Assembly (NCBI GenBank): GCA_963744995.1
Contig: CAVUWA010000003.1
Coordinates: 130,758-194,757 of the forward strand
Reading direction: 5' to 3'
Length of the DNA: 64,000 nt
Source: Candidatus Eiseniibacteriota bacterium
GTDB taxonomy: Bacteria > Eisenbacteria > RBG-16-71-46
Made by a program: the position numbers and the translations under genes. Numbering within the stretch: the first letter of the stretch is position 1; each line of letters starts with the position of its first letter. The notes below the pieces were generated by a model, which was not told where the DNA came from, made no database searches, and was given only the letters and a program-made list of their open reading frames with translations. Positions 10,044 through 23,186 of the stretch are shown here, piece by piece.

Positions 10044-11413
10044 CAGTGGCCGACCGTCGCCTCGCCCACGCCGAGCCGGCGCAGCGGCTCCATGAACTTC
10101 GCCCGGATCTCCTCGAGGCGTTCGGGCGTGCGGGCTTCGAAACGGACCACCAGCACCGGCTGCGTGTTGGACGCACGTACGAGTCCCCAGCCGTCGCCGA
10201 ACTCGACGCGCACGCCGTCGATGTCGATGACGTCGTAGGTGCCGCTGAACTCCTTCTTCAGCGCCTCGACCACCACGAACTTGCGGTCCTCCGGGCAGGC
10301 CAGCCGCGTTTCCGGGGTGGCGTAGTAGTGCGGAATCGAGTCCACGAGCTCGGCCATGCTGCGGCCACTCGCGGCGACGAAGCGCAGCAGCCGCCCCGCG
10401 GCGAACAGGGCGTCATCGAATCCGAAGTAGCCCTCGTTGAAGAACATGTGGCCCGACATCTCCCCCGCGATCGGCGCGCCGGTCTCGTGCAGACGGCTCT
10501 TGATCAGCGAGTGGCCCGTCTTCCACATCATCGGACGGCCGCCGTGGGCACGGATGTCCTCCGGCAGGCCCTGCGAGCACTTCACGTCGAAGATGATCTC
10601 GGCGCCGGGGACGCGCGTCAGCACGTCGCGGGCGAGCAGCGCGAGCAGCTGGTCGCCGAACACGATGCGACCGCTGCCGTCCACCGCGCCGATGCGGTCG
10701 GCGTCGCCATCGAAGCCGATGCCCAGATCCGCGCCGCTCGAGCGCACCTTCGCGATCAGGTCCTTCAGCAGATCGGGCACAGTCGGGTCGGGCAGATGGT
10801 TCGGAAAGCGACCGTCGAGCTCGGCGAACAGCGGCGTGACGTCGTGCCCCATCTTCTGGAACGTCTCCGGCACGATCGTGCCCGCGCAGCCGTTGCCGCA
10901 GTCCATCACCACCTTGAGGCCCTTCGGGCTCGTCAGCTTCTCGATCAACATGGCCCGGTATTCGTCCAGCACCGGCCGTTCGCTCCACGAGCCCTCGCCC
11001 TTTTCGAAGGCATCGGACTCGATCATGCGGCGCATCTCCTGGATCTCGCGCCCGAACAGCGGCAGCTTCTGCTTCGTCATCTTGAAGCCGTTGAACTCGG
11101 GCGGGTTGTGGCTGCCGGTGATCTGCATGCCGCCATCCAGCCCGCGCGCAGCGACCGCGTAATAGAGCGCCGGGGTCGGCACCACGCCCACGCGCTCCAC
11201 CACGAGCCCCGCCGCGATCATGCCGCGCGCTGCCGCCGCGGCGAGCCGCGCGCTGCTCGGCCGCACGTCCTCGCCCAGCGCCACGCGCCGACCGCCTTCA
11301 CGGCGGATGACCGTTCCAAAGGCACGGCCGATGGCGGTCGCCACCTCGTCGGTGAGTTCGGTCTCGTGGTAGCCGCGAATGTCGTATTCACGAAAGATGT
11401 GCACGGGGAGCAT
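10043..11413 (-). CDS. Phosphomannomutase/phosphoglucomutase
   Basis: FREYDIRG, ITGSHNPPEFNGFK (phospho-Ser), FDGDADR, GEMSGH and RASNTQP. Confidence 0.95.
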   Translation of the reverse strand: MLPVHIFREYDIRGYHETELTDEVATAIGRAFGTVIRREGGRRVALGEDVRPSSARLAAAAARGMIAAGLVVERVGVVPTPALYYAVAARGLDGGMQITGSHNPPEFNGFKMTKQKLPLFGREIQEMRRMIESDAFEKGEGSWSERPVLDEYRAMLIEKLTSPKGLKVVMDCGNGCAGTIVPETFQKMGHDVTPLFAELDGRFPNHLPDPTVPDLLKDLIAKVRSSGADLGIGFDGDADRIGAVDGSGRIVFGDQLLALLARDVLTRVPGAEIIFDVKCSQGLPEDIRAHGGRPMMWKTGHSLIKSRLHETGAPIAGEMSGHMFFNEGYFGFDDALFAAGRLLRFVAASGRSMAELVDSIPHYYATPETRLACPEDRKFVVVEALKKEFSGTYDVIDIDGVRVEFGDGWGLVRASNTQPVLVVRFEARTPERLEEIRAKFMEPLRRLGVGEATVGH

Positions 11414-12520
11414 CAGGACCTCTCCTTGCTCTTCAGATAGGCGTCGATGAACACCTCGAGGTCGCCGTCGAGCACGGCCTGCGCGTCGCCGACTTTCACC
11501 TCGGTGCGGTGGTCGTTGACCATCGTGTACGGGTGGAGCACGTAGGAGCGGATCTGGCTGCCGAAGTCGATGTCCTTCTTGGCGCCGGCGAGCGCCTGCG
11601 TCTTCGCCCGCTCCAGCTCCTGATAGTGCAGGAACAGCCTCGCGCGCAGGATCCGCAGCGCGAAGTCGCGATTGCGGTGCTGACTGCGCTCGGCCTGCGA
11701 CTGCGTGACGATCCCGGTGGGCAGGTGCGTGATGCGAACCGCCGATTCGGTCTTGTTGACGTGCTGCCCGCCCGCGCCGCTCGCGCGGAAGGTGTCCACC
11801 CGCAGGTCGCCCGGCGCGATGTCCACCGTGATCGTGTCGTCCACCAGCGGGAACACGTACACCGAGGCGAACGAGGTGTGGCGCCGCTTCGCCGCGTCGT
11901 AGGGAGAGATCCGCACGAGCCGGTGCACCCCGCTCTCGGCTTTGAGATAGCCGTAGGCGAACTCGCCGTCGATCTCGATCGTCGCATCCTTGATGCCGGC
12001 TTCGTCACCGGGCTGGAGGTCGAGCGTCTTGGCTTCGTAGCCGTTGCGCTCGGCCCAGCGCAGGTACATGCGCAGCAGCATCTGCGCCCAGTCCTGCGAC
12101 TCCGTGCCGCCGGCGCCGGGATGGATCGTCAGCATCGCGCCGAGGCGGTCGTGCTCGCCGGACAGCAGGCTGCGCAGTTCGAGATCCGCGACCTCCTTCT
12201 CGACCCGCTTCAGGTCCTTCTGCACCTCGGCCAGCATGCCTTCGTCGCTGTCGGCCTCCAGCAGTTCGACCATCTCCTCGAGGTGGCGCAGCCCGTCGTC
12301 GCGCCCGCCGAAATCGTCGAGCGTTCGCTTGGCGCGCTTCAGCTCCGCGACCACCTGCTTCGCGTCGTCGGGACGGTCCCAGAAACCCGGTTCGGCCAGG
12401 CGTGCCTCGAGCATCTCGACCTGTCGTGCGCAGCCCTCGACGTCAAAGGTACCTCCGCAGCCCGTCGAGCTGTTCCCGGGTGGATTCGAGTCGTTTGCGC
12501 AGATCGGCCGCCGTCAGCAT
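11413..12520 (-). CDS. prfB: Peptide chain release factor 2 (programmed +1 frameshift)
   Basis: ATG 12520 gives MLTAADLRKRLESTREQLDGLRRYL, then CTT-TGA-C. The +1 frame carries GVHRLVRISPY and GAGGQHVN. Confidence 0.95.
12442..12456 (-). promoter_or_regulatory. prfB frameshift site (internal SD plus CTT TGA C)
   Basis: Minus strand GGAGGTAC-CTT-TGA-C matches the canonical RF2 autoregulatory site. Confidence 0.92.
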
Positions 12521-12533
12521 GGTCGTTCCCCGT

Positions 12534-13188
12534 TCATGATGGTGTGTGCGGCGAACGGCGCATCCGTGCCGATCGCAGCCGGGCCAGCGCCTCGTGCGCC
12601 GCCCGTTCGAGTTCCTCTCGCGTGCCCGTGTTGTGGATCACCGCGTCCGCCGCCGCCTCGAACGCCTCGTTCGCGCGCTGCGCCCGGAGTCGCGCCCGTG
12701 CCTCGCTCTCGTTCCAGCCGCGCGACGCGGACAGCCGCGCCAGCTGCAGCGCCTGCGGTGCCACGATCGCGAGCACCGCATCGCAGTCCCGATCGAGCCC
12801 CCAGTCCAGCATGAGCGCCGCGTCCACGACGACCGACGCCGGCGCGCCCGCCGCGCGGTACGCCGCCAGAGCCGCGCGGATCCGCCCGACGATGCGCGGA
12901 TGCACGAGCGCGTTCAGCTCGGCCAGCGCGGCCGGATCCGCGAAGACCCGCGCCGCCACCCGGGCCCGGTCCAGCGTGCCGTCGGCGCCGTAGGCATCCG
13001 GCCCGTATGCGGCCGTCAGCGCCGCGCGCACTTCCGGATCGTGGTCGGTGATCTCGTGGCCGATGCGGTCGGCTTCGATCACCGCTGCGCCGGCGGCCAC
13101 CAGCGCCCGTGCGACCGTCGACTTGCCGCTTCCCGCCCGTCCGACCAGCCCGAGCACGAACACCCCGCCATCGCCGCCGGCCGCGCGT

Positions 13189-13196
<8 letters not shown>
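12534..13196 (-). CDS. coaE: Dephospho-CoA kinase
   Basis: LGLVGRAGSGKSTVA P-loop, DRARVAARVF, LNALVHP. Start placed at ATG 13196. Confidence 0.9.
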
Positions 13197-16344
<3,148 letters not shown>

Positions 16345-16370
16345 GTTCAGATCTCCGCGCGCCCCCGGCA

Positions 16371-17093
16371 TCAGATCCGGCGTGCGATCATCAGCTTGCT
16401 GACCGCGTCGTCGTGTCCGAAGCCCAGGGCGAGCAGCATGCGGTCGAGGGCGAGCAGCAGACCCGGCGCGCGGTTGAGGAACCGCCACGGCCCGAGCTCG
16501 CGATTGAGCAGCACGTGCGTCGGATTCACCGCGAAGATCTCCAGCCCCTCGGCCTCGATCAGCGCGCGGTAGCGTGCGAGCGGACGCATGCGATTGTGTG
16601 CCGCCGTGCGCGGGCGCTCGGCGAACGTGTCGGTCAACAGCATCGTGCCCTTCGGGCCGGTCGCGCGAGCCAGGTGGCGTACCGCGGCCTCCCACTTCGC
16701 GTCATCGGTGATGTGATACAGCACGTCGAACGCATTCACGATGTCGTAGCGATCCTCGATCGCGACCTCGCTCACGTCGCCGAGCAGGAAGCGTGCGCCG
16801 GGATGACGCTCGCTCAGCCGCGCGACCGAGGTCGGCGCGATGTCGAGCCCGGTGACCCGGCCGCCACGCTCCAGGTAGTACGCGGTGAAGAAGCCGGTCC
16901 CGCAGCCGACGTCGAGGACGGTGCGGCCACGCGGATCCACGCCGGCCTCGGCGAGCGTTCGTTGCAGCACCGCATGGCGCAACGCGTAGCACGCGCGGTT
17001 GTAGGCGAGCGACAGGCCCGTCTCGCCCGTGCCACGGAGGTCGAACTGTTCGCTGAGCCGTTGATCCCAGAATTCCCGGGGCTGGTAATTCAT
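16371..17093 (-). CDS. Class I SAM-dependent methyltransferase
   Basis: VLDVGCGTG and FDVLYHI. ATG 17093 overlaps the nadD stop. Confidence 0.85.
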   Translation of the reverse strand: MNYQPREFWDQRLSEQFDLRGTGETGLSLAYNRACYALRHAVLQRTLAEAGVDPRGRTVLDVGCGTGFFTAYYLERGGRVTGLDIAPTSVARLSERHPGARFLLGDVSEVAIEDRYDIVNAFDVLYHITDDAKWEAAVRHLARATGPKGTMLLTDTFAERPRTAAHNRMRPLARYRALIEAEGLEIFAVNPTHVLLNRELGPWRFLNRAPGLLLALDRMLLALGFGHDDAVSKLMIARRI

Positions 17094-17677
17094 CGCGTCC
17101 TCGCGTAGAGGCGGTGCGCGGTGATGTAGCGCGCGACGGCGTCCGGCACGAAGTATCGCACGCTTCGCCCGCTGCGTGCGCGGCGGCGCAGTGTGCTCGA
17201 CGAGACGTCGAGCACCGGGTTGCCGAGCCGGACGATGCGCGCGCGCGGCACGAGGCCGCGCCGTGCGCGCGCTCCGGGCCGGCCGGCGACCACGAGCTTC
17301 GCGATGCGCAGGATTTCCTCCGGCGCGTGCCAGGTGTGGAACTCGCGCAGACTGTCCTCGCCGACCAGCAGGAACAGCGCCGCGCCGGGATGGCGGCGGG
17401 AGAGCGCGCGCAGGGTGTCCACCGTGTACGACGGGCCGCGGCGCCGCACCTCGATCGTCGACACGCCGAAGCCGGCATTGCCGCGCACCGCACGGCGCGT
17501 CATCGCGACGCGGTCGGCCGCCGCGCTGATGCGGCGGTGGCGTTTGTGCGGCGGCCGTGCGGCGGGCACGAACAGCACGCGATCGAGGCGCAGCTCGTCG
17601 CGCGCCCACTCGGCCAGCGCAAGGTGACCCACGTGCGGCGGGTCGAAGGTTCCGCCGAAGACACCGATGCGGCGCAT
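17090..17677 (-). CDS. nadD: Nicotinate-nucleotide adenylyltransferase
   Basis: IGVFGGTFDPPHVGH, PPHK, SYTVDTL, VSSSTLR. Confidence 0.93.
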   Translation of the reverse strand: MRRIGVFGGTFDPPHVGHLALAEWARDELRLDRVLFVPAARPPHKRHRRISAAADRVAMTRRAVRGNAGFGVSTIEVRRRGPSYTVDTLRALSRRHPGAALFLLVGEDSLREFHTWHAPEEILRIAKLVVAGRPGARARRGLVPRARIVRLGNPVLDVSSSTLRRRARSGRSVRYFVPDAVARYITAHRLYARTR

Positions 17678-17718
17678 GGATCGGTCGCCTCCCGCCGGGC
17701 GCGCCCGCGCGCTCCGGC

Positions 17719-18489
17719 TCAGTGCTCGAGGTCCCGGCGCGCCTCCGCGGCCCGCTTCGCCACGTCGGTTCCGGCGAAGCGCTCCTCGACGTCGCGATAG
17801 GCGGCGAGCGCCTGGTCGCGATGCCCTTCTAGGGCGTCGCAGCGCGCGAGGCCGAGAAGCCCCTCGCCCGCCTTGGGCGTGTCGCCGTATTCGTCGACCA
17901 CCTTGCGGTAGTAGACCCGCGCCGGCTCGTACAGCTTGAGTTTCACGTACAGATCCGCGGTGTCGAGGGATTTCTCGGCGAGCCGGATCCGCGCCTGCAT
18001 CACGCGCTCGCGCGCCTCTTCGTTGCGCCAGTGCCCCGGGTAGGCGCGCAGGTAGCCATCCCACTGCCGGATCGCGCGCACGGTGAACTCCTGATCGAAA
18101 TCGACGGGCCGGGTCTGCCCGTACAGGGCGTCGCCGAGCCGGAACGAGGCCGAGGCCGCCGAATCGCTCTCCGGGTAGTCGCGCACGAGCCGCTCGAACT
18201 CGACCGCGGCCGTCGCGTAGTCCTTCGTCTTCATGTAGCACTCGCCGAGCTGATAGATCGCGTCGTCGACGTCGGCGCTGCCCGCGCTCGTCGAGATGTA
18301 GGTCTTCAGCAGGTCGATCGCGACGACGCAGTGACCCTCGTCCGCCATCTTCTTCGCCACCGAGAGCCGCTCGGCCGGCGACGTGATCGGCGGGATCGTG
18401 GCCGCCCCGCAACCCGCGCCGAGCAGCGCGGCCAGCGTGAGACATGCCCCGAGGAGGGTGGCGGACGTCCTGTCGTGCGGGCGCGTCAC
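17719..18489 (-). CDS. bamD: Outer-membrane protein assembly lipoprotein BamD
   Basis: Lipobox-like GAGC, TPR helices, DQEFTVRAI, YP..., RLAEK...A.LY. Confidence 0.8.
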   Translation of the reverse strand: MTRPHDRTSATLLGACLTLAALLGAGCGAATIPPITSPAERLSVAKKMADEGHCVVAIDLLKTYISTSAGSADVDDAIYQLGECYMKTKDYATAAVEFERLVRDYPESDSAASASFRLGDALYGQTRPVDFDQEFTVRAIRQWDGYLRAYPGHWRNEEARERVMQARIRLAEKSLDTADLYVKLKLYEPARVYYRKVVDEYGDTPKAGEGLLGLARCDALEGHRDQALAAYRDVEERFAGTDVAKRAAEARRDLEH

Positions 18490-19241
18490 GGGCGGTTCTG
18501 GAAGAACAGGGCGACCAGTCCGCCCACGATCGCGACGACGACGATCGGCTCCAGCACCTTGCCGGCGTCACGGGTCGGCACGGGCGAGGTCAGATCGCTG
18601 TAGCGCTGGTCCTCGACGAACGCCAGCTTGTCGCGCGGGAACGCGTCGAGCAGGTTGTACGAAGGTGAACCGACCCACAGCACGACCGAATTGCGCGGGT
18701 CGCGGAGCGTGAGGCCGCCCTCGACCATCGCCTGCCGTTCGATCTTGATCCGGCCCGAGAACGGCAGCCACCCGATCAGCCGCAGATAGGTCACCCGCGC
18801 CGTGGCGAGCTGGTATTCGAGCACCGGGTCGCCGGGATTGCCGGCGATCGCCATCAGGCTGTCATCCGGAATGATCGAGCGGCGCACGGTGGCGGTGACC
18901 CCGCGCTTCGACAGATCCCGCAGGATCGCGTGCTCGGCGATGAAGTTGAGCGGATGGCTCTCCGCCGGCGCGACGAGAACGCGCTGGCCCGAATCGAGGG
19001 GCGCCGACGCCATGGCGCGATCCATCGCCGTGGTGGCCACCAGTTCGACCATCTGGAGATTCGTGTACGGCACGCGCGGGCCGCGTTTGCGCACGATGGG
19101 TTCGATGTCGGGCGAGGTCACCGACAGGACGGTGTCCGCCTGGGGCTGCGGCCCGCTCGCGTATCGGAAATCCTTGGCCGCGGCCGGCACCGCCCAGAGC
19201 AGCAGCGCCGCAAGCGACCATGCCGCGGTGATGCGAATCAT
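18486..19241 (-). CDS. Hypothetical exported protein with C-terminal membrane anchor
   Basis: ATG 19241 MIRITAAWSLAALLLWAVPAAA (signal peptide); C-terminal EPIVVVAIVGGLVALFF. Confidence 0.7.
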   Translation of the reverse strand: MIRITAAWSLAALLLWAVPAAAKDFRYASGPQPQADTVLSVTSPDIEPIVRKRGPRVPYTNLQMVELVATTAMDRAMASAPLDSGQRVLVAPAESHPLNFIAEHAILRDLSKRGVTATVRRSIIPDDSLMAIAGNPGDPVLEYQLATARVTYLRLIGWLPFSGRIKIERQAMVEGGLTLRDPRNSVVLWVGSPSYNLLDAFPRDKLAFVEDQRYSDLTSPVPTRDAGKVLEPIVVVAIVGGLVALFFQNRP

Positions 19242-20623
19242 GCGGTTCCTTTCCACCCGGTGAGCGCGACGTCGAAAGACGGCTCCACGCGCGCGAACAG
19301 GTCGTACGCCCCGGCTCCCGTGACGCGCACGTCGACGAGACGACCGGGTTCGAGTTGCTCGGCTTCGACGACGACCCCGCCGTCCACTTCGAACGCGCTC
19401 CCTGCGGTGCGCCCCGCCCATTGCCCGCGTCCCGCGGGCCCGTCGATCATCACACGCATCGTGCGTCCGACCATCGCCGCCAGCCGTTCGCGCGAAAGAC
19501 GCTGCTGCAGCGCGAGCAGCCGCGCCCTCCGGCTCCGGCGCGTCGCCACGTGCACGCGGGGCGTCATGCCGTGCGACGGCGTCTCCGGCTCGCGTTCGTA
19601 GGTGAAGACCACCACGTGATCGAACTTCTCCTCTTCGACGAAGCGGCTCAAGTGCTCGAAATGCGCTTCCGTCTCGCCCGGGAACCCGACGATGAAATTC
19701 GTCCGGAACGCGACGCCCGGGATTCCGGCGCGAATCCGCGCGATCAGCGCCCGGGTGTCCTGTTCGGTCATCCCCCGCCCCATCGTGCGCAGCATGTCCT
19801 GGGCGATGTGCTGGAGCGGCATGTCCACGTAAGGCACGACGCGCTTCGCGCCGGCCCACACCTCGATCAGCCGATCGCTCCAGAGTCGCGGGTACGTGTA
19901 TTGCACCCGGATCCAGTCCACCCCCTCGACCTGATCGAGCGCCTCGAGCAGGTCGGCGAGCGTGGGCCGTCCGGGCAGGTCGGTGCCGTAGCCCGTCGTG
20001 TCCTGGCCGATCAGATTCAGTTCGCGGACGCCCTCGGCCGCGAGCTGCTCCGCTTCGGCCACCAGATCCTCGATCGGACGGCTCTGCTGGTCGCCACGGA
20101 GACGGGGAATGATGCAGAAGGTGCACCGGTGATCGCAACCCTCCGAAATCTTGAGGTACGCGAGGTGCCGCGGGGTCGAGATCGCGCGCGGGGTGAGCGA
20201 GTCCAGCGCGCCGCCCGGAAAGTCGGTGCGCGCCCAGCGGCCCTCGCGGCCGTCGAGCACGTGGCGGGCGGCCCGCACGACCTCGCGCCACTGCCCCGTG
20301 CCGAGCACAACGTCCACCTCGGGGAACTCGGAGAGCAGGGATTCGCCGGCCCGCTGGGCGAGACAGCCGGTGACGATCAGTCCGCGCAGCCGCCCCTCTT
20401 TCCTGCAGGCTGCGATCCGCGCGATGGTGTCCTTCGACTCGCGCACCGCGCTGGTCAGGAAGGCGCAGGTGTTGACCACGGCCACGTCGGCGTCCTCGAC
20501 GTCGGCGACCGTGCGGAAGCCGTCCTGCACCATCAGGCCGAGCATGCGCTCGGAGTCCACGGTGTTCTTCGGGCAGCCGAGCGTGACGAACGCGAGACGC
20601 GGGGGCGCGGAGGCAGACTTCAC
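19238..20623 (-). CDS. rimO: Ribosomal protein S12 methylthiotransferase
   Basis: LGCPKNTVDSE, VNTCAF, radical-SAM CDHRCTFC motif, TRAM-like C-terminus. GTG start overlaps the ftsK stop. Confidence 0.93.
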   Translation of the reverse strand: MKSASAPPRLAFVTLGCPKNTVDSERMLGLMVQDGFRTVADVEDADVAVVNTCAFLTSAVRESKDTIARIAACRKEGRLRGLIVTGCLAQRAGESLLSEFPEVDVVLGTGQWREVVRAARHVLDGREGRWARTDFPGGALDSLTPRAISTPRHLAYLKISEGCDHRCTFCIIPRLRGDQQSRPIEDLVAEAEQLAAEGVRELNLIGQDTTGYGTDLPGRPTLADLLEALDQVEGVDWIRVQYTYPRLWSDRLIEVWAGAKRVVPYVDMPLQHIAQDMLRTMGRGMTEQDTRALIARIRAGIPGVAFRTNFIVGFPGETEAHFEHLSRFVEEEKFDHVVVFTYEREPETPSHGMTPRVHVATRRSRRARLLALQQRLSRERLAAMVGRTMRVMIDGPAGRGQWAGRTAGSAFEVDGGVVVEAEQLEPGRLVDVRVTGAGAYDLFARVEPSFDVALTGWKGTA

Positions 20624-22932
20624 TAAAGCTCCCGGTCCTCGAGCCAGCGGTCGTCGACGAGCACGTCGCGCGCCTTGCTGCCCTGGAACGGGCCGACGAC
20701 GCCGATCTGCTCGAGCTGATCCATCAGGCGGCCCGCGCGCGAGTAGCCGACTTTCAGCCGGCGCTGCAGCAGCGACGTCGAGCCCTGCTGGTGGGCGATG
20801 ACCAGCTTCGCCGCTTCGTGGATGAGCGCGTCCTGGTCGTCGTCGAGTTCCTCGGTGTCCTCCTCGGCCTCGACCTGTTCGGGCGAGATCGCCAGCGGCG
20901 CCGTCTGGGTCTGGCCCGCGAGCGGCGCGGCCTTGGCGCGCCAGAAATCCACGACCCGGGTGGTCTCTTCCTCGGAGACGTAGGCGCCGTGCACGCGGAT
21001 CGGCTCGGGTTTGCCGGCCGGCGTGAACAGCATGTCGCCGTGACCGAGCAGGTTCTCGGCACCGTTCATGTCGAGCACCGTGCGCGAGTCGGTCTTGCTC
21101 GCCACCTGGAACGCGATGCGCGAGGGGAAATTCGCCTTGATCACCCCGGTGATCACGTCCACCGAGGGCCGCTGGGTGGCGAGCAGCAGATGGATGCCGA
21201 CCGCGCGCGCCATCTGGGCGAGCCGCGCGATCGGTTCCTCGATCTCGGCGGGCGCCGTGAGCATGAGGTCGGCGAGCTCGTCCACCACCACCACGACGAA
21301 GGAGAGCCGGTCGGGCGGCGAGTCCGAGCCGGGCGCGGTGGGCGCCTGCCCGGACGCGACCTTCTCGTTGTACGAGGCGATGTTGCGTGCCCCGCAGGTC
21401 GCCATGAGCTTGTAGCGCTTCTCCATCTCGGAGACCGCCCAGCGCAGGGCACGGCTGGCTTTCTTGTGCTCGGTCACCACCGGCATGACCAGGTGCGGGA
21501 TCCCGTTGTAGGCGGAGAGTTCGAGCATCTTGGGATCCACCATGACCAGGCGCAGGGTGTCGGGGCCGTGCTGGAACAGCAGGCCGGTGATGACGCTGTT
21601 CAGGCACACGCTCTTGCCGGATCCGGTGGCGCCCGCCACCAGCACGTGCGGCATCTTGGTGAGATCGGCGACGAACGGTTGCCCGACCACGTCGACCCCG
21701 AGCGGGATCTTGAGGGCGGCGTCGCTGTCCAGGTAGGCGTCGGAGACCAGCACCTCTCTCAGATACACCGTTCGGCGCCGCCGGTTCGGAATCTCGACGC
21801 CGACCACGCCCTTGCCGGGGATCGGCGCGAGGATCCGGATCCGCTGCGCGCGGAGCGCCAGCGCCAGATCGTCCTCGCGCGAGACGATCTGGTTCACCTT
21901 GATCCCGGCCGCCGGTTCGAATTCGAAGGTGGTGACCACGGGCCCCGGATGGATCTCGGTCACGCGTCCCTGCACGCCGAAATCGTTGAGCTTGCTCTCG
22001 AGCAGCCGCGCCTCATCCGTCAGGTCTTCGGCGGTCAGCAGGTCTTCCGGCTGAACCGGCATGCCGAGCAGCGTCGGCGGCGGCAGGTCTTCGTCGGGAA
22101 CGGGCAGGTCCACCGCCGGGGGCTCGGGCGCCGCGGCCGGCTTGCGCGGTCTGGGCGGGCGTCGCGTCTCGCCCGGCAGCGTGAGCGACATCTGCTCGCG
22201 CTCCGCGCCGCGCACGCTGTTCGTGGTGCGGACCACGGGCGCCGGGTGCTCCGGCGGGTTCCCGGGCGCCACGGCAGCGCCGTTCAGCGCCGCCCGCGAA
22301 GGCTTCGGCGACTTCGCGGGCTTCGCGCGCACGGCCTTGTCTTTCGCGACGGGCTCGTTCCTGCCGATCTCGCCGAACGCCTGGCTCAGCGCGTTCCACA
22401 CGTAGACCGCGGGGGCGATGATGAAGTTGCGAAAGAAGCCGCCGATCCAGTGGAAGCAGATCTCGCTCGCCGCGAGCACGGTGACGCCGAACAGGGCGCC
22501 CGCGATGATCCACGAGCCGACCCCGCCGAGCGAAGAGTGCAGCGCGAGCGCCGCCGCGAATCCCCAGCCGCCCGCCCAGCCCCAGCGGTCGAGTCCGGCC
22601 AGGCCGAACAGCGTGCAGATCTCGAACAGCAGCAGACCGCCCATCACGGTCGAGATCACCAGCGGCTTCACCGGGCGCCGCGCGAGGTGGTTCCAGGCCC
22701 AGGCGCCGGCGAGCAGCGGCACGCCGAAGGACGCGAGGCGGCCGAGGCACCACACCAGCACGAACGCCAGCACCGCACCCACCGGGCCGCAGGCGTTGGG
22801 GGCCGACCAGGGTGGGGCGCCGGGCAACGGATGTTCGTAGGTCCCGACGCTGGCCAGGGAGAGGCCGGCGAGCGCCGCGAGCAGGACACCCAGGATCTGA
22901 CGCTGTCGTTTCTCGGAGATGGAAGTGGCCAC
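20623..22932 (-). CDS. ftsK: DNA translocase FtsK
   Basis: N-terminal TM segments, PHVLVAGATGSGKS, VVDELADLM, LATQRPS, gamma domain LQRRLKVGYSRAGRL. Confidence 0.95.
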   Translation of the reverse strand: MATSISEKRQRQILGVLLAALAGLSLASVGTYEHPLPGAPPWSAPNACGPVGAVLAFVLVWCLGRLASFGVPLLAGAWAWNHLARRPVKPLVISTVMGGLLLFEICTLFGLAGLDRWGWAGGWGFAAALALHSSLGGVGSWIIAGALFGVTVLAASEICFHWIGGFFRNFIIAPAVYVWNALSQAFGEIGRNEPVAKDKAVRAKPAKSPKPSRAALNGAAVAPGNPPEHPAPVVRTTNSVRGAEREQMSLTLPGETRRPPRPRKPAAAPEPPAVDLPVPDEDLPPPTLLGMPVQPEDLLTAEDLTDEARLLESKLNDFGVQGRVTEIHPGPVVTTFEFEPAAGIKVNQIVSREDDLALALRAQRIRILAPIPGKGVVGVEIPNRRRRTVYLREVLVSDAYLDSDAALKIPLGVDVVGQPFVADLTKMPHVLVAGATGSGKSVCLNSVITGLLFQHGPDTLRLVMVDPKMLELSAYNGIPHLVMPVVTEHKKASRALRWAVSEMEKRYKLMATCGARNIASYNEKVASGQAPTAPGSDSPPDRLSFVVVVVDELADLMLTAPAEIEEPIARLAQMARAVGIHLLLATQRPSVDVITGVIKANFPSRIAFQVASKTDSRTVLDMNGAENLLGHGDMLFTPAGKPEPIRVHGAYVSEEETTRVVDFWRAKAAPLAGQTQTAPLAISPEQVEAEEDTEELDDDQDALIHEAAKLVIAHQQGSTSLLQRRLKVGYSRAGRLMDQLEQIGVVGPFQGSKARDVLVDDRWLEDREL

Positions 22933-23186
22933 GTCTTATGAGATGGGGAGCATCCCTGCGGCTGGCCGGCCGTGCCGCCCCGGCGGCCCGGGCGCCCACG
23001 GCCGGGCGGGCCCGCCTGCAGGGTGTGCCGGCCCGCTCCCGCCTCCCTGGCGGATGACTGCGGCGCATTGTGCATCAGCCGGGCCCCGGGGGGCAACGGC
23101 CGGATCGGTCCGCCGCCCGGCGGCAGCGCCCGCGAAATTCGTGCCCCGGAGACCTCCGGCCCCCGGGGCACGTCGAATCGGCCTGC

